A DNA stretch of 64,000 nt from Rhynchopus sp. YZ270_cl-10 (lineage: Eukaryota). Below the pieces are notes generated by a model. It was not told where the DNA came from. It saw only the letters and a list, made by a program, of their open reading frames with translations, and did no database searches. Position 1 is the first letter of the stretch, and each line of letters begins with the position of its first letter. Positions 37,248 through 49,806 of the stretch are shown one piece after another. Position numbers and translations under genes: made by a program. Where the stretch lies: assembly GCA_964035575.1 (NCBI GenBank), contig OZ037834.1, positions 62,001 through 126,000 on the forward strand, given 5' to 3'.

Positions 37248-38384
37248 CTAGAACGATCTATCCTTGTATCTGTCTGTGTCGTCGGTGTCCTCTCTGCCGT
37301 ATTCGTGAGAGAAGGATTTTCTCCAGTGGTTGTTCGGGTGGAGGGATGATTCTGCGTAGCCTGTTGCTGTGTTGCGGTCGATCTGCTTGTATCTGCTGAC
37401 AAAGCCAAACTCTGCGCCTGTCGTGTTGGCAGAGGAGTAGAGCGGGTTGTCAAATGCCGAGACCGCTGCACGCGATTGGGTCGTAAGCTCTGCCTCCTCT
37501 GCACGCATTTCCCACCAGAGCGCCAGCGCCTTCTCTGATTTGTCGTACTTCCCGTAGCTCATTATCATATTGTCGAAGGTGCCCTGCTGGAATCGTCCAA
37601 CCTTATCATCCCCCGATCCCCCAACCTGCAGACGCTTCTGCGCAATCGGATCCGGTTCAAGCCCATCCAACGCAAGCTTCCCCACTGCACCTCCCTTCGG
37701 GTCAAATTCATCAACGTGCGCTTCGTTCACGAAACCGGCTTTCATGAGACCATAGGCCTGGCGTTGGCCGGAGTGTCCGTAGTAGTCACGCGCAGTCTTG
37801 AAATCACTGCTCCAGGGGCAGAGAAAGGTGCCCAGCCCACCGGTACGACCATCCGCGGCGTTCGGGTTCTGGTGTGTGTCCTGCTCCGCGATGGTGTTGT
37901 AGAATTTGTTCATACGGTCACCATAGTCACGCCAGTCAGGTCCCAGCTCTTTGTGGAGGGCTTCAAGCTGTGGGGGTGAACGTCCGGAACCTTGCTTCAA
38001 ATAGTAGAGCCATTTCCGTGGGATCTTCGATTGGTCTGCAAACTGAACGTGGTGCGGGTAGTCAATGAAACGGAACCCCATCGCATAGGTACGCCCTGCG
38101 TCGTCCGTCTCCCAGTAGCGGTGTCCCAGCGCGTCCATTCCGATGAGGCGCTTCTCTCCAGTCTCCCACCACCCCTCACGCAGGCGGATCATGTTCGCAA
38201 GGTTCGCCAGGAAACCGTACTTCTTAAACCCGAACCAGAACCACTGCAGCTTCTGTGTGGAGTTCTGCCAGCCACCACGGTACGAGGTCTCCCATCGCAT
38301 ATGGGCAATGGTTTTGTACTCGTCTGTCATCCCGCGGGCGACACGTCGTGCCACCCTGGCTGCCTCAGCAGGTGCAGCGGCCAT
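37248..38384 (-). CDS. NDUFA12: NADH:ubiquinone oxidoreductase subunit A12 (B17.2)-like protein with long extensions (378 aa)
   Basis: LIGMDALGHRYWE...RFIDY...SKIPRKWLYYL matches the NDUFA12-family pattern G.D..GN.YYE...R.V.Y...S.VP..W..WL; ATG at 38384. Confidence 0.8.
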   Translation of the reverse strand: MAAAPAEAARVARRVARGMTDEYKTIAHMRWETSYRGGWQNSTQKLQWFWFGFKKYGFLANLANMIRLREGWWETGEKRLIGMDALGHRYWETDDAGRTYAMGFRFIDYPHHVQFADQSKIPRKWLYYLKQGSGRSPPQLEALHKELGPDWRDYGDRMNKFYNTIAEQDTHQNPNAADGRTGGLGTFLCPWSSDFKTARDYYGHSGQRQAYGLMKAGFVNEAHVDEFDPKGGAVGKLALDGLEPDPIAQKRLQVGGSGDDKVGRFQQGTFDNMIMSYGKYDKSEKALALWWEMRAEEAELTTQSRAAVSAFDNPLYSSANTTGAEFGFVSRYKQIDRNTATGYAESSLHPNNHWRKSFSHEYGREDTDDTDRYKDRSF

Positions 38385-39297
38385 GATGGGGGAGGAGGTA
38401 GGTTTGTGACTGTAAGTGCATAGAGTGAGGGGCAAAATGAGTTAAGGGGGGGTGATGGCAAAACTGAGGGTCTCAGAATACAAAAAAAAAACCATAAAAA
38501 CCCCATCACTGCAGGAATTGTACTTGTCATGGTGACAAGTGAAAGTGATGACAAGTAATTTACTTAAGGAATGCCTGTCAGCTCATAACCCCCCACCTAC
38601 TCCCCTAACCCTAAGGAATTACTTCATGTCACAAGTAATTTACATATCATTTCACTTGTCAGGTGCCTCTGGACCACGTCGTGTGGGTAACAGAGGGGGT
38701 AAATGGGGAAAATTGGGGAAAAGAAATAGGGGGTATGCATCTAAAAAAAAAAACGGGATGTGGTGCCGGATGTGCTTCATTTTCTTTAGGGTTTTGTTGT
38801 TGTTGTTGTTGTTGTTTTTTTTTGGGTATTTTACTTTAGCTCTTTGCTTTTCATTTTTTGGGGTATTAAAAAAAAAGTGAAGTTCATAGTGCAAACGCCT
38901 CTGGGACAGTAGGCACTTTTAAAAAAAATATATGAAGAGGGAATAAACGAAATGAAGGCAGCGGGGAGGAAGGAAACATTCTGACTATTTAAAAAAAAAA
39001 AAAAAAAAAAAAAAAGCCTTTTGTGTGCAAACATAGTGGCGGTGTATACAATACACACCGGTTATTCCTACTTGCTCTCTCCCCCCCATGCATTAGGAGG
39101 GTCTGCCTGTTTGTTTCCCCTGCCGAACGAAATCCGTACCGTGTTCGTCTCCACCCCTGCCCCCCCCCCAATCTTAGTACACAGACCCCCCCACAACCCC
39201 AGCTTCCCCCAAAAAACACAGTAATCGAAACTCTATTCACTTTTGTAGTTCTTTTTATTCTCTTTTGAAAAACTTTTTTTTTACCATTCCCATTAGG

Positions 39298-39338
39298 CAT
39301 AGTGTGCAGACGAACATTTTGTTCGTCTGCACACTATG
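39298..39338. mobile_element. 41-bp perfect hairpin insertion (minimal MITE)
   Basis: 19-bp stem CATAGTGTGCAGACGAACA with a 3-nt loop; ATTAGG on both sides; stem resembles the TIR of 45880-46718. Confidence 0.75.
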
Positions 39339-39339
39339 A

Positions 39340-39540
39340 TTAGGGGAACGGGGCAATGCACGGTCCTGGAATAGGTCCAAGAAAATGGAGTCGGTTGGGG
39401 AAGGTTAAAGAGGAAGTTGCCTTTCCTAAATGTGCATCACACAATTGGCAAAGAAAAAAAAATGGGGAGGTGTCGGCACTCACCTATGTCATTGAAATAA
39501 CATTGATTGCCAATGGTACACTCCAATACGGTTGGCCCCA
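39340..39540. repeat. ~200-bp dispersed repeat
   Basis: TAGGGGAACGGGGCAA...CCAATGGTACACTCCAATAC; second copy at ~43925-44120. Confidence 0.85.
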
Positions 39541-40269
39541 TTTATTTATTTTTGTTTCTTTTTTTTTTTTTTTTTTGAAAACAAAAATTTTGTGCGCATG
39601 GATTGCAATCGTTGCGCTTTCCTGCGTAGGTGGTGGGATGGGGGAAGGAGAAAACACAGAGTATTTTATTTTACTTTTTTTTCCATTGAGGATACGGAAT
39701 GCGGGTTGTGTGCACTTTTTTAGCAGTGTACGTCAGTAGAAATTTGGCTGCGCCCCCCAATTGCTAGGTGATACCGACCGGAATTCTAAACAACTCAAAG
39801 TAACCTAAAAATAGGGGGCAAGGAACACTACACATTCACTCCTGTTACATCCAAAACACACAAAACAAAAATAATAATAAAAGATTGGGTCTTCGTTTAT
39901 GCGCTCAAAAATCGGGCGAAACAAAAAAAAAAGGGGGGGGTGAAAATTGTGAACTGCAATTAGTGTTGATGGTTTGTGAATCAAAGTGAATCAAACAGAC
40001 AACTAAATGCTTTTGTTTTTTTTTTTTCCCCCTCCCTTTTTGCTTCCCCAAAGCGCTGTCTCCAATCTTTTTACAATTAAAAGACGCTGCTAAAAAAAAT
40101 AATCAAACAATCTCACGTATTACGTTTACCAAAGTACAGGAAAGAGTGTCTCGTCAAAAAAAAAAAAAAAAAAAAAAAAAAAACGACAGTTCGGGGTTCC
40201 CTTCACTGCCTTGGCGGCCCCACTCCATTTCGTGGTTTACATCTGGAAGAGAAAAAAAGATAGGTTCAT

Positions 40270-40403
40270 TGGTGTGATCACCAAACGGATTCTCCGTGGT
40301 TCCCCCCGAAGGTGCTCCGCAAATCTTAATATAGCCCGAAACAGTTCTCCGTGGTTCCCCCATGGGTTGTCCGTGGGTTCTCCGTACCCCCTGAATCTCA
40401 CCA
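40270..40403. mobile_element. TGGTG MITE with 5-bp TSD
   Basis: TGGTGTGAT ... ATCTCACCA; TTCAT on both sides; internal TCTCCGTGGTTCCCC repeats. Confidence 0.85.
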
Positions 40404-41457
40404 TTCATAAGATGATCTTAAGCCTCTTGTGCTTAGTCACTTTAGAAGAAGTGAAGAAAACAAAGTTAAAAAAAAAAAAATACACAGTTTTTTTTGGGGG
40501 TACCGAGGTGTGCGGGAGAAGAAGAAAAAATCGTTTACTTACTACTTCAGCATAAACAGTAAGCGTTTAAAAAGGGTGTAAACCATGTACTCCCCCCCAA
40601 AAAACAAAAAATAGTAGGATCGGGTAGGTAAGGTAAAGATGTTTTTCGTTGATTGCACAAATCCTCCTGTTTGAGGGATGATTTGGCGACCGTACCCCGG
40701 TAATACTATTTCTCCTTTAAAGCCAGCTGCGTAGGAATAACAAAACAACACACATCCACAACACTCTAGCAGATGTCATATGTTATGCCCAAAACACCCA
40801 AAGATCATGTAAAAAGGGGTGGGGGAGGAGGGGAGAGAGAAACACACACTCACACACTTTTAAAAGTTATAAAAAATCGACCAAAAACTGGCCAAAAAAA
40901 AAATGGTAAGATGTACGCTAAGTACCTTGTACTGTACGTCACCTTACGCAATGATCCGAGACACATAGGAAGTGAAAAAAAAACCCCCCTCTTCCCTTTA
41001 GAGGAATGCAACCTTACAGTGCTCCGGAGGGGGTCGGTATTGACAGGTCGTTTGACCCATTTCCGAAAGCACCACTAAGTTTTTTTTTTTTTCTAAAACC
41101 CCACCTAATTTTGCCTGAAAAAATTTGTAGTGTTTGTGGTGGTCTTTAAACTCCACCAAACTCTGCTAGAATTCAAGCTTAATCAGGTGGCCTCCTATGA
41201 TTGTTTATAGTTTTCTTGTTAGCCCTCACTTTTCTTGGATCACCTAAGCAAAACCCCACCCCATCCCAATTGTCAACAGACCAATTGGCTTTCTTTTTCT
41301 GAACGCTTTGACAGGAGGAAGCCCTTCCCTTTCTCCCGCCCTTTTCCACGCTTTTTCTTTGCAGCACAGATAATGGCCGTTTGGCCGGCACACTCTGTCA
41401 TCACCCCCTCTTCCCTTTCCCCTTTGTCGTATTTTGCCTGGAGCTTCCTGACCTGGC

Positions 41458-43522
41458 TTACTCCTTCTTGGTGTGCTTGACTGGAGAGGCGCAGATTGGG
41501 GACACGAGGGCTGCCGCAAGAGGCAGGCAGCCAAGCACAACGTAGGTGTAGCTGCTGTCGTCTGGGGCTGAATCATAGAGGTGTCTGTGGTGGATGAAAT
41601 GGGGTTTTTGTTATGAAAAATTTTTTTGTCGTTTTTTTTTGTGTTGTCATCAAGACCAAGAGAAAGGGTGCAATCCTTTGTTCTGACGTCACGACGTATC
41701 CACAGTAGCGAGTGGGTAGTGTTATGTGGATGGATGAGGTCCGTTGGGGTCAAAATAAAGGAAAGGTTTATAAGATGAACCTAAGCTTCTCGTGCTTAGT
41801 CTGATTAGGTTATTCTTTGGTTTATTCATCAGTCATTTGTTTGTGCCTTAGTCACCTTGAATTATAAAGTTGACCTGAAATACAAAGCCCCTCTCGTGAA
41901 CAGTGTACCTTTGGTACAAATGACCTGCTTGTACCGGGGGGTGGACCCCAACCATGCAGTCCTACATCCGCTATTTGCTGTCTGTCTACGTGGTCGTTTG
42001 CCTACAAAATGCATAATCACAAGATAACATACCCTGCAACCAAGGGAGCAACAGCACGTGCCAGCGATGTCATGGAGGACAAGCTTCCCAACATCGATCC
42101 CTGTGTGAGGTGGCGATAGGGGGGGGATTTCGTGTGTACTGTAGAGTAAGACAAGAAACTTGTCGACCAAATAATATTGGCAGATTTTGGGGGTCTTCTT
42201 GCGGCGACTTTTTTGTCGCCAATATTACTTCTCCTACTGTAAATCTTAGCGTACACACAACTCTGTCAATTCTATTTATTATTTCGTATACATTCTTTTC
42301 TGACGTAAAGAAGGTATAAAGGGTGCTAAAAAATGTACCCTTGCTTTTAAAGTAAAAAAGCACGGATTCTAAAGAACCTTCTGTTATTTTCAATAGCCCC
42401 ACCCCCCGCCCTTCCTTTTTCTTTTTCCCCCTTTTTTGCTCATACCTGAAGATGCTTGCTGGAGGACAGCGAAATGATGGTCTGGTACACCAGCTCGGAC
42501 AGCCCATATCCAAACCCAAGGATAAACAGCGGGATGAGCGACATCCAGGTGTTGTAGATGTACTTATGCGACATGAGCCCTACCCCCATCATCACGTTCC
42601 CCGCGATGGAGGCCATGCTGAGGGTGTCGGTTGCGCTCTTGACCTTGGCGCGGGCCTTCCACATGGCAAGGATGAGAGCAAGGGAGAGCCACGCAAATGC
42701 CCAGCCAACGTGTTTGCGTTCGTAGCCAAGACGTTCGGAAGCGAAGATCGCGTACGTGGTGTTCCATCCCATGAATGCAGTGGTGCACAGAAACTGCGAG
42801 ACCAGGACCAACAGCATCGAAGGGCGCGCGACGCTTGCGAAGAACTCACTCCACGACGCAGGCTGGATCACCTCCCCTGCCGCAATCTCTCTCGTGTTCA
42901 GGGACTCCTCCAGCTTGACAAAGGCGTACACAAAGTTCACTGCCGTCACAAACGTTGTGAAGTACCCTGCAGCCGCAAACCCCCCCACCGCCCCAAGCAC
43001 TGCCCCGGTCGCTGGACCGACCATGAAACCAAGCCCAATGAAGGCACCCATATGACCAAGATATTTTGGACGCTCTTCGAGTGTCGTCTTATCAGCGATA
43101 TATGCTTGGCAGACGCTGGTTTCGCTGAAGAATCCTGCCACTGCGCGGGTTAAGATGAGATACTCTAGGGACGGTGCGACGGCTGTCATGTACAGCGTGA
43201 CTGTCGACATGAAAAGCGAAATGAGAATAACAGGGCGACGTCCGATGTGGTCGCTCATCCTCCCGAAGAGGAAGCTTCCTATGATAGAGGCGAACGAGTA
43301 GGCGGAGAACACCATCCCAATGTGGTAGCCCGTCGCGCCCAGCTGGTCCTTCGCATGCGTCTGCAGCAGCGGCAGCACAATCCCCGAGGCGAAGAAGTCG
43401 AAGAACACTGTAATGTAGATCACCCCCATGCGCGGGCCCTCACCCTCCTCCTCCTTCTTTTGCACGTCCTTCTCCTCCTTCTTTCCCTTCTCTGGGGCTG
43501 TAGATGCCATTCTAGAGGTCAT
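41458..43522 (-). CDS. MFS transporter, DHA1/TetA-MFSD10-like. Exons 43522-42446, 42100-42033, 41584-41458
   Basis: Motif A GRMSDHIGRRPV; AYIAD...ER; motif C GFMVGPATG; spliced exons continue QGSMLG..SLARAVAPLVAGHLYD with consistent phases. Confidence 0.92.
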
Positions 43523-43660
43523 AACTAACTCTTATTATATTTTCCTAAAAAAAGGGTGAAAAAAGGGAGAGAAAGGAGTGGAAAGAGTAAATGGTTATTT
43601 GAAGGGGGGAGAAAGGTTGGATACAAAAAAAAAAATCCTTCTCGGGAACAGTGTATGGTA

Positions 43661-43802
43661 TGGTGTGGCAGACGACCCCAAAATAGCAGAAAAGTAGCAC
43701 AAAAATAGCGCATCCCTTCAGCCGCACCAAAAAAAAATCCAGATGCCCAGAATAGCAGAAAAATAGCACAAAAAAAATAGTACCCCCCTTTCAGCCACAC
43801 CA
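43661..43802. mobile_element. TGGTGTGGC MITE inserted in a family-A repeat
   Basis: Homologous to 34470-34616; AGTGTA occurs on both sides, offset by 5 nt on the left. Confidence 0.8.
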
Positions 43803-45145
43803 AGTGTATCTTGGTACAAATGACCGGGTGTACCGGGGAGGTAGACACCCAAACCATGAGATACTGCCTCCATTTCGTGGTTTGCTGTTACATCCGATAT
43901 GTGTGCTCCAACACTACTCTTTTGTTAGGGGAACGGGGCAAATGCACGGTCCTGGAAGAGGTCCAAGGAAATGGAGTCGGTTGGGGGAGGTTAAAGAGGA
44001 AGTTGCCTTTCCTAAATGTGCATCACACACAACTGGCAAAGAAAAAGGGAGGTGTCGGCACTCAACCTTTTTCATTGAAATAACATTGATTGATTTCTTG
44101 CCAATGGTACACTCCAATACTGCTGTCCCCCGGTTGTCTTTAACTAGAGTGAGGGGATGGTATGGGGGGATTAGGGGAGCCCACCTAAGCGGGAATTGCA
44201 TTGGGGGGGATGGAGGAGGTTAGGGGGAAAGTGAGACGTCTCTTTTCTTTTGGAAATAGTGTAGCTGTCAAACAATATTGTCAGCAAATATCCACTTTGT
44301 GGGGGGGTGAAGAGAGGGGGTAAACATCGAAACTATTGTGAAAAATGAATATGATTTTTTTTTGATCTGTTTGGTGCAGCCGACAGTAGGACAGTTATGC
44401 ACTTACTTTTTTTTGAAAACTTGGTTGTATTAGTGTAGCCACCCTAGAGTGTGCTCCACTATATTTTATTTGAAAACTTTGACAACGTGTACCTTCCCGC
44501 GAACGGGCAATCACACATAACCCGCCCTCCCCTGTTCACGTTTTCGTGGAAACCGCTGATGCTCACACTTTATTTTTTGATTTGGTGCTTGATCAGCAAC
44601 CCAGTATCCCCCAGGATTCTCTCGTGGTTCACTCACGGGTTTCCCAGGGAGCGCTGGCTGCACCGTTGATAATGTGTTTTTTGTAATTGGGGTTAGAAAA
44701 AAAAATGAAAACAAAAAAGGCTCTGCTCAAACACAAAAAAACAGCAGTCCTTTTTTTGATAATCCGACAACGGTAAAGCCCCACCCCCCCAACAGCCACC
44801 CCAATAGATGGCACAGCACAGCGGCCGTCACCTTTCCTCTCTCACCCTTTGGTACACAATGACCGGGTGTACCCTGGGTGGACACCCAAACCATGCATCT
44901 TCTACATCCATTTTTTGAGGTTTTGCATCTGATTTGCAAAAAAACAAAAACAAAAAAAAAAAATGCATATTTGGTGCTCCTGACGACCCCATATTGCGTA
45001 GTTGTTGCGTACTTGGTATTTTTTTTATTTGAAAACTTGGTTTTGTATTAGTGTAGACACCCGAAGGATGAACTCCACTATACAAAAACGCTGTTAAGTA
45101 ACCGCTGATGAACACCGATGATTTATTTTCTGGGGGGTGCCAATC

Positions 45146-45748
45146 TCATTCATCGTCTTCGAACCTCGTATGCTGCCTCCGTTTGACTGGGGCAGTGCTT
45201 TTCTTTGCACTTTTCTTCAATTTCGACAGCGTTTTGGAGGACACTGCAGACGCAGCCGGGGTGAGCACTTTGGTAACTGCCACCTCCCCAGCCCCTTTGC
45301 CCTCCACCTCCTTCACCTTCGCCGCTTCACTTGGGGACGCAACGTCTTCCGCTTCTTCCATCGCTTCTTCTTGGGGTTCTGGCTCTTCCGCCACTTCGAA
45401 TGATACATTACGCCGTGCAGACGAAGAGGGTGTGTGCGTGCTGTTCTGTGCGTAGCTATCTGTGTAGTCTCGGTTGCCATAGAGCAGCTCATCCAGCCCA
45501 GAGAAGTAGTGCTCGTACTGCGGGTTTTGAGGGATAATGAAAAAGTCTGTGCGGACAAGAGGGTCGCGTACCCGAAAGTCCGCCTCCTCCTCCTCAGCCC
45601 CCCAACGGTAAGTACTAAACTTCGACTCCGTCACATTGACGGATGCGCCCTTCCGTTTCTTCTTGAAGGTTCCACTGATGGCACGCTTCTTGTCGAGTTG
45701 TTTTTGGGTTTTGTGGCGTTTTCCGCCCCAGCGAGATCCTTCGGACAT
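45146..45748 (-). CDS. Hypothetical charged, probably nuclear protein (200 aa)
   Basis: ATG-initiated ORF directly after a pyrimidine tract and AG; basic N- and C-termini with an acidic middle. Confidence 0.75.
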   Translation of the reverse strand: MSEGSRWGGKRHKTQKQLDKKRAISGTFKKKRKGASVNVTESKFSTYRWGAEEEEADFRVRDPLVRTDFFIIPQNPQYEHYFSGLDELLYGNRDYTDSYAQNSTHTPSSSARRNVSFEVAEEPEPQEEAMEEAEDVASPSEAAKVKEVEGKGAGEVAVTKVLTPAASAVSSKTLSKLKKSAKKSTAPVKRRQHTRFEDDE

Positions 45749-45879
45749 CTTTGAGGAAGGGGAAGGGTGTTTGTGTATGTCTGTGGGGTTTGAAAATGCG
45801 TTGTTTTGAAAGTGTTTTGTGCTCTGTTTATTTTTTTTTGATTTGGCTCAGTCCATAAACCCCCCCCCCCCCCCCCCTA

Positions 45880-46718
45880 GGCATACTGTGCAGGCGAGCC
45901 GTTTTTAGGCGAGTTTTTCGTTTTCCTGATTTTCAGGAAAAACTCGCCAAAAACTCGCCCTACTCGCCCATTACTCGCCTATTACTCGCCAAAACTCGCC
46001 AAAACTCGCCAAAACTCGCCAAAACTCGCCTAAACTCGCCAAAAACTCGCCTAAACTCGCCTAAACTCGCCCACATTTGGGTGCAAATCCTGGTGCACAT
46101 ACGCACCTTGGGGGTGAAAATGTGCACCAGGATGTGAAAATGGAGGGCGGGGGTGACTGATGACAACATGCCACTCGAAAACACACAAAAAAAATTGAAA
46201 ATGTGTCACTTGTACGTCTAACGGCAACCATGTCACGGCAGTGGCTGACAGGCATGTATGTAAACATTTGCTCCAGGGGAAGATCCAGGCGTGCACAAGA
46301 CGTGCTACAATCCGGAGGATGACGAAGACATGAGCCGGGGCTACACTCGCTATACAACAATGTCCTCGCCATGCCGGTAAATGGCAACCCTGCAGGCCAC
46401 CCCTTGGCGGTATTCCCCACGACTACATCGCACCCATCTGTGCAAGCTTCATGGATCCGCAGAAGCTACAGCTGGACTGGTGGTACTGGTTGTGGAAGCC
46501 TACAAAGCAAACTGTAGAGGTCTTGTTCAAGTGGAACGAAAAAAATTTTCTCTTCAAAACTCAAATTTCCCTCATATTTTCGTGTGTACATTTTTCCCAA
46601 GGTAAAATCCCTACCTAAAAAAAAAAACTCGCCAAAACTCGCCCCCCAAAAATAGGCGAGTTTTAGGCGAGTTTTTGGCGAGTAGGCGAGTTTTTTTTAC
46701 TCGCCCGCACAGTATGCC
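45880..46718. mobile_element. TA-flanked non-autonomous TIR element with expanded AAAACTCGCC subterminal repeats
   Basis: TA|GGCATACTGTGCAGGCGAG ... CTCGCCCGCACAGTATGCC|TA. Confidence 0.9.
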
Positions 46719-47908
46719 TAGGTGGGGGCAAAACCCCTATTTTTTTGAGGCATTTCGATTTTTTTGGATTTACGCGCAAAGTACCCGCAAACCACCGAAA
46801 ATTTCGGGTCAGAGATGGTTTTGGGGTGTGGTTTGGGGGTGTTCTATAGGTGAGACACCCCAGAGATACAAAAAAATGGAAAAAAATAGCAAAAATAGAC
46901 CATTTTGGCCGTTTGGGCCATATTGGTCAAAATGGCCATTTTTGACCAATATTTCAAAAAAAAAGCAAAATTTTGTCATCATTAGGCCTGTCTGGGCACA
47001 AATATGCCCCAAAAATGTCCCGCGAGTCCATTCCGACCTGTTTTGAACACATTTATCGCCCTTTTTGGTGTTTTTTTTGGTGTTTTGAGGTCAAAAAATA
47101 TCCCCTGACTATCCCCTGGCAGCCCTGGGCCGCGACTTGCGCCCTGCTTTTGGACCCCCTCTGGGCCAAAAAAATGGGTGAAAACCCCCGAAAAAGCACT
47201 CCGGGAACCCAGATAGTTCCAAATATCCACTAGAAACCCACCCAAACACCTCAAAAACATGCCAGAAAAATATTTTCAAAAACACACTTTTTTCAAAAAG
47301 TTCATCTGGGCAGGTTCCATAATGACTTATTTGAAAAAGTGTGTTTTTGAAAATGTTTTTCTGGCATGTTTTTGAGGTGTTTGGGTGGGTTTCTAGTGGA
47401 TATTTGGAACTATCTGGGTTCCCGGAGTGCTTTTTCGGGGGTTTTCACCCATTTTTTGGCCCAGAGGGGGTCCAAAAGCAGGGCGCAAGTCGCGGCCCAG
47501 GGCTGCCAGGGGATAGTCAGGGGATCTTTTTTCACCTAAAAACGCCAAAAAACGGCCAAAAAAAGTACCTAAAGTGTCCAAAACAGGTCGGAATGGACTC
47601 ACAGGACCTCCCTGGGGTAGTTTTGTGCCCAAGCAGCTGTCATGATGTCGAAATTTTGCTGTTTTTTTGATTTTTTTGTCCAAAAATGGTCATTTTACCC
47701 AACATGGCCAAAACCGTCAAAAGGCCACTTTTTCACTATTTTTTTGCATTTTTTCATATTCTGAGGTGCCCTTATCATGGATTTTCGGGTCACAGGGTGT
47801 TTCTGACCCATTTCTGGGGGTGTATGAGGGGTGGTTTGTGGGTACTTTGCGCGGAAGTCCAAAAAAGTCAAAATGCCTCACCCGTCCTGAAGGTTTTGCC
47901 CCCACCTA
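46719..47908. mobile_element. Fold-back (palindromic) element A, ~1.19 kb
   Basis: Ends TAGGTGGGGGCAAAACC / GGTTTTGCCCCCACCTA; arms inverted about ~47313; poly-C on both flanks (the left one displaced by the 45880 insertion). Confidence 0.85.
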
Positions 47909-48335
47909 CCCCCCCCCCCCCCCCCCCCCCAGGGTGCGTAATAAGGAAGGTGGCCTGGGGTCTGGGGTCTGGGCTTTTGGGTTTTGGGGGGTTTTTTATT
48001 GTAATTTTTGTCATTTACCCTTGTATTGGGTATGGGTTCATATTTTGTGAAAATTTTAGTCATTAAAATTTTGTCCATTTTTCTGTATATACCCCACCAC
48101 AGAACGGGCGGATTCCGGAAATGCAAATGCCGATGTTTTCGGGCATTTTCATGTTTTCAGCATCAGGGTGAGAAAATCTGGGTTGTGGTATTTACCTTGG
48201 CCCTCTTTACCCTACATGGATTTTGACCAAAACCAAGAACTTGTCCATTTCAGCAAATTGACCCCACCACAGAACGGACGGATTCCGAAAATGCAAATGC
48301 CGGTGTTTTCGGGCACTTTCATGTTTTCAGCATCC

Positions 48336-49537
48336 GGGCCGGGGCCGGGGCCGGGGCCGGGGCCGGGGCCGGGGCCAGGGCCAGGGCCAGGGCCAGGGCC
48401 AGGGCCAGGGCCAGGGCCAGGGCCAGGGCCAGGGCCAGGGCCAGGGCCAGGGCCAGGGCCAGGGCCAGGGCCAGGGCCAGGGCCAGGGCCAGGGCCAGGG
48501 CCAGGGCCAGGGCCAGGGCCAGGGCCAGGGCCAGGGCCAGGGCCAGGGCCAGGGCCAGGGCCAGGGCCAGGGCCAGGGCCAGGGCCAGGGCCAGGGCCAG
48601 GGCCAGGGCCAGGGCCAGGGCCAGGGCCAGGGCCAGGGCCAGGGCCAGGGCCAGGGCCAGGGCCAGGGCCAGGGCCAGGGCCAGGGCCAGGGCCAGGGCC
48701 AGGGCCAGGGCCAGGGCCAGGGCCAGGGCCAGGGCCAGGGCCAGGGCCAGGGCCAGGGCCAGGGCCAGGGCCAGGGCCAGGGCCAGGGCCAGGGCCAGGG
48801 CCAGGGCCAGGGCCAGGGCCAGGGCCAGGGCCAGGGCCAGGGCCAGGGCCAGGGCCAGGGCCAGGGCCAGGGCCAGGGCCAGGGCCAGGGCCAGGGCCAG
48901 GGCCAGGGCCAGGGCCAGGGCCAGGGCCAGGGCCAGGGCCAGGGCCAGGGCCAGGGCCAGGGCCAGGGCCAGGGCCAGGGCCAGGGCCAGGGCCAGGGCC
49001 AGGGCCAGGGCCAGGGCCAGGGCCAGGGCCAGGGCCAGGGCCAGGGCCAGGGCCAGGGCCAGGGCCAGGGCCAGGGCCAGGGCCAGGGCCAGGGCCAGGG
49101 CCAGGGCCAGGGCCAGGGCCAGGGCCAGGGCCAGGGCCAGGGCCAGGGCCAGGGCCAGGGCCAGGGCCAGGGCCAGGGCCAGGGCCAGGGCCAGGGCCAG
49201 GGCCAGGGCCAGGGCCAGGGCCAGGGCCAGGGCCAGGGCCAGGGCCAGGGCCAGGGCCAGGGCCAGGGCCAGGGCCAGGGCCAGGGCCAGGGCCAGGGCC
49301 AGGGCCAGGGCCAGGGCCAGGGCCAGGGCCAGGGCCAGGGCCAGGGCCAGGGCCAGGGCCAGGGCCAGGGCCAGGGCCAGGGCCAGGGCCAGGGCCAGGG
49401 CCAGGGCCAGGGCCAGGGCCAGGGCCAGGGCCAGGGCCAGGGCCAGGGCCAGGGCCAGGGCCAGGGCCAGGGCCAGGGCCAGGGCCAGGGCCAGGGCCAG
49501 GGCCAGGGCCAGGGCCAGGGCCAGGGCCAGGGCCGGG
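48336..49537. repeat. Satellite (GGGCCA)n, about 200 units; first units are GGGCCG
   Basis: Direct observation. Confidence 0.98.
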
Positions 49538-49806
49538 ACTACTGAGTTATGGGCCCCCGGAAAAGCACACGTAAAACTGTACCCAAGAAAAGTCGTGAAA
49601 ATTTAAACACCGAAAAACTTGTCCATTTTTTCAGAATGGCCCCACCACTTTCTGGGTGGACTCCGGAAACGCCGAAAAACGGGGTTTTGGGTGCAGTACT
49701 ACCCCATCCCCTTATTACGCACTAGGTTGTGGCCGGGGGTCTGGGGTCTGGGCTTTTTGGGCCGAAAACCCCCCTTTTTTATTACTCAGGCTGCCCCCCC
49801 CCCCCC

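Noticed and set aside
42452..43153. Antisense ORFs over the MFS gene (and similar ones over NDUFA12, LRR and NIFK)
   Set aside because: They are shadow frames of GC-rich coding sequence
48168..49574. 468-aa Gly-Pro repeat ORF
   Set aside because: It is the translation of (GGGCCA)n with no synonymous variation, and its flanks are repeat-family DNA
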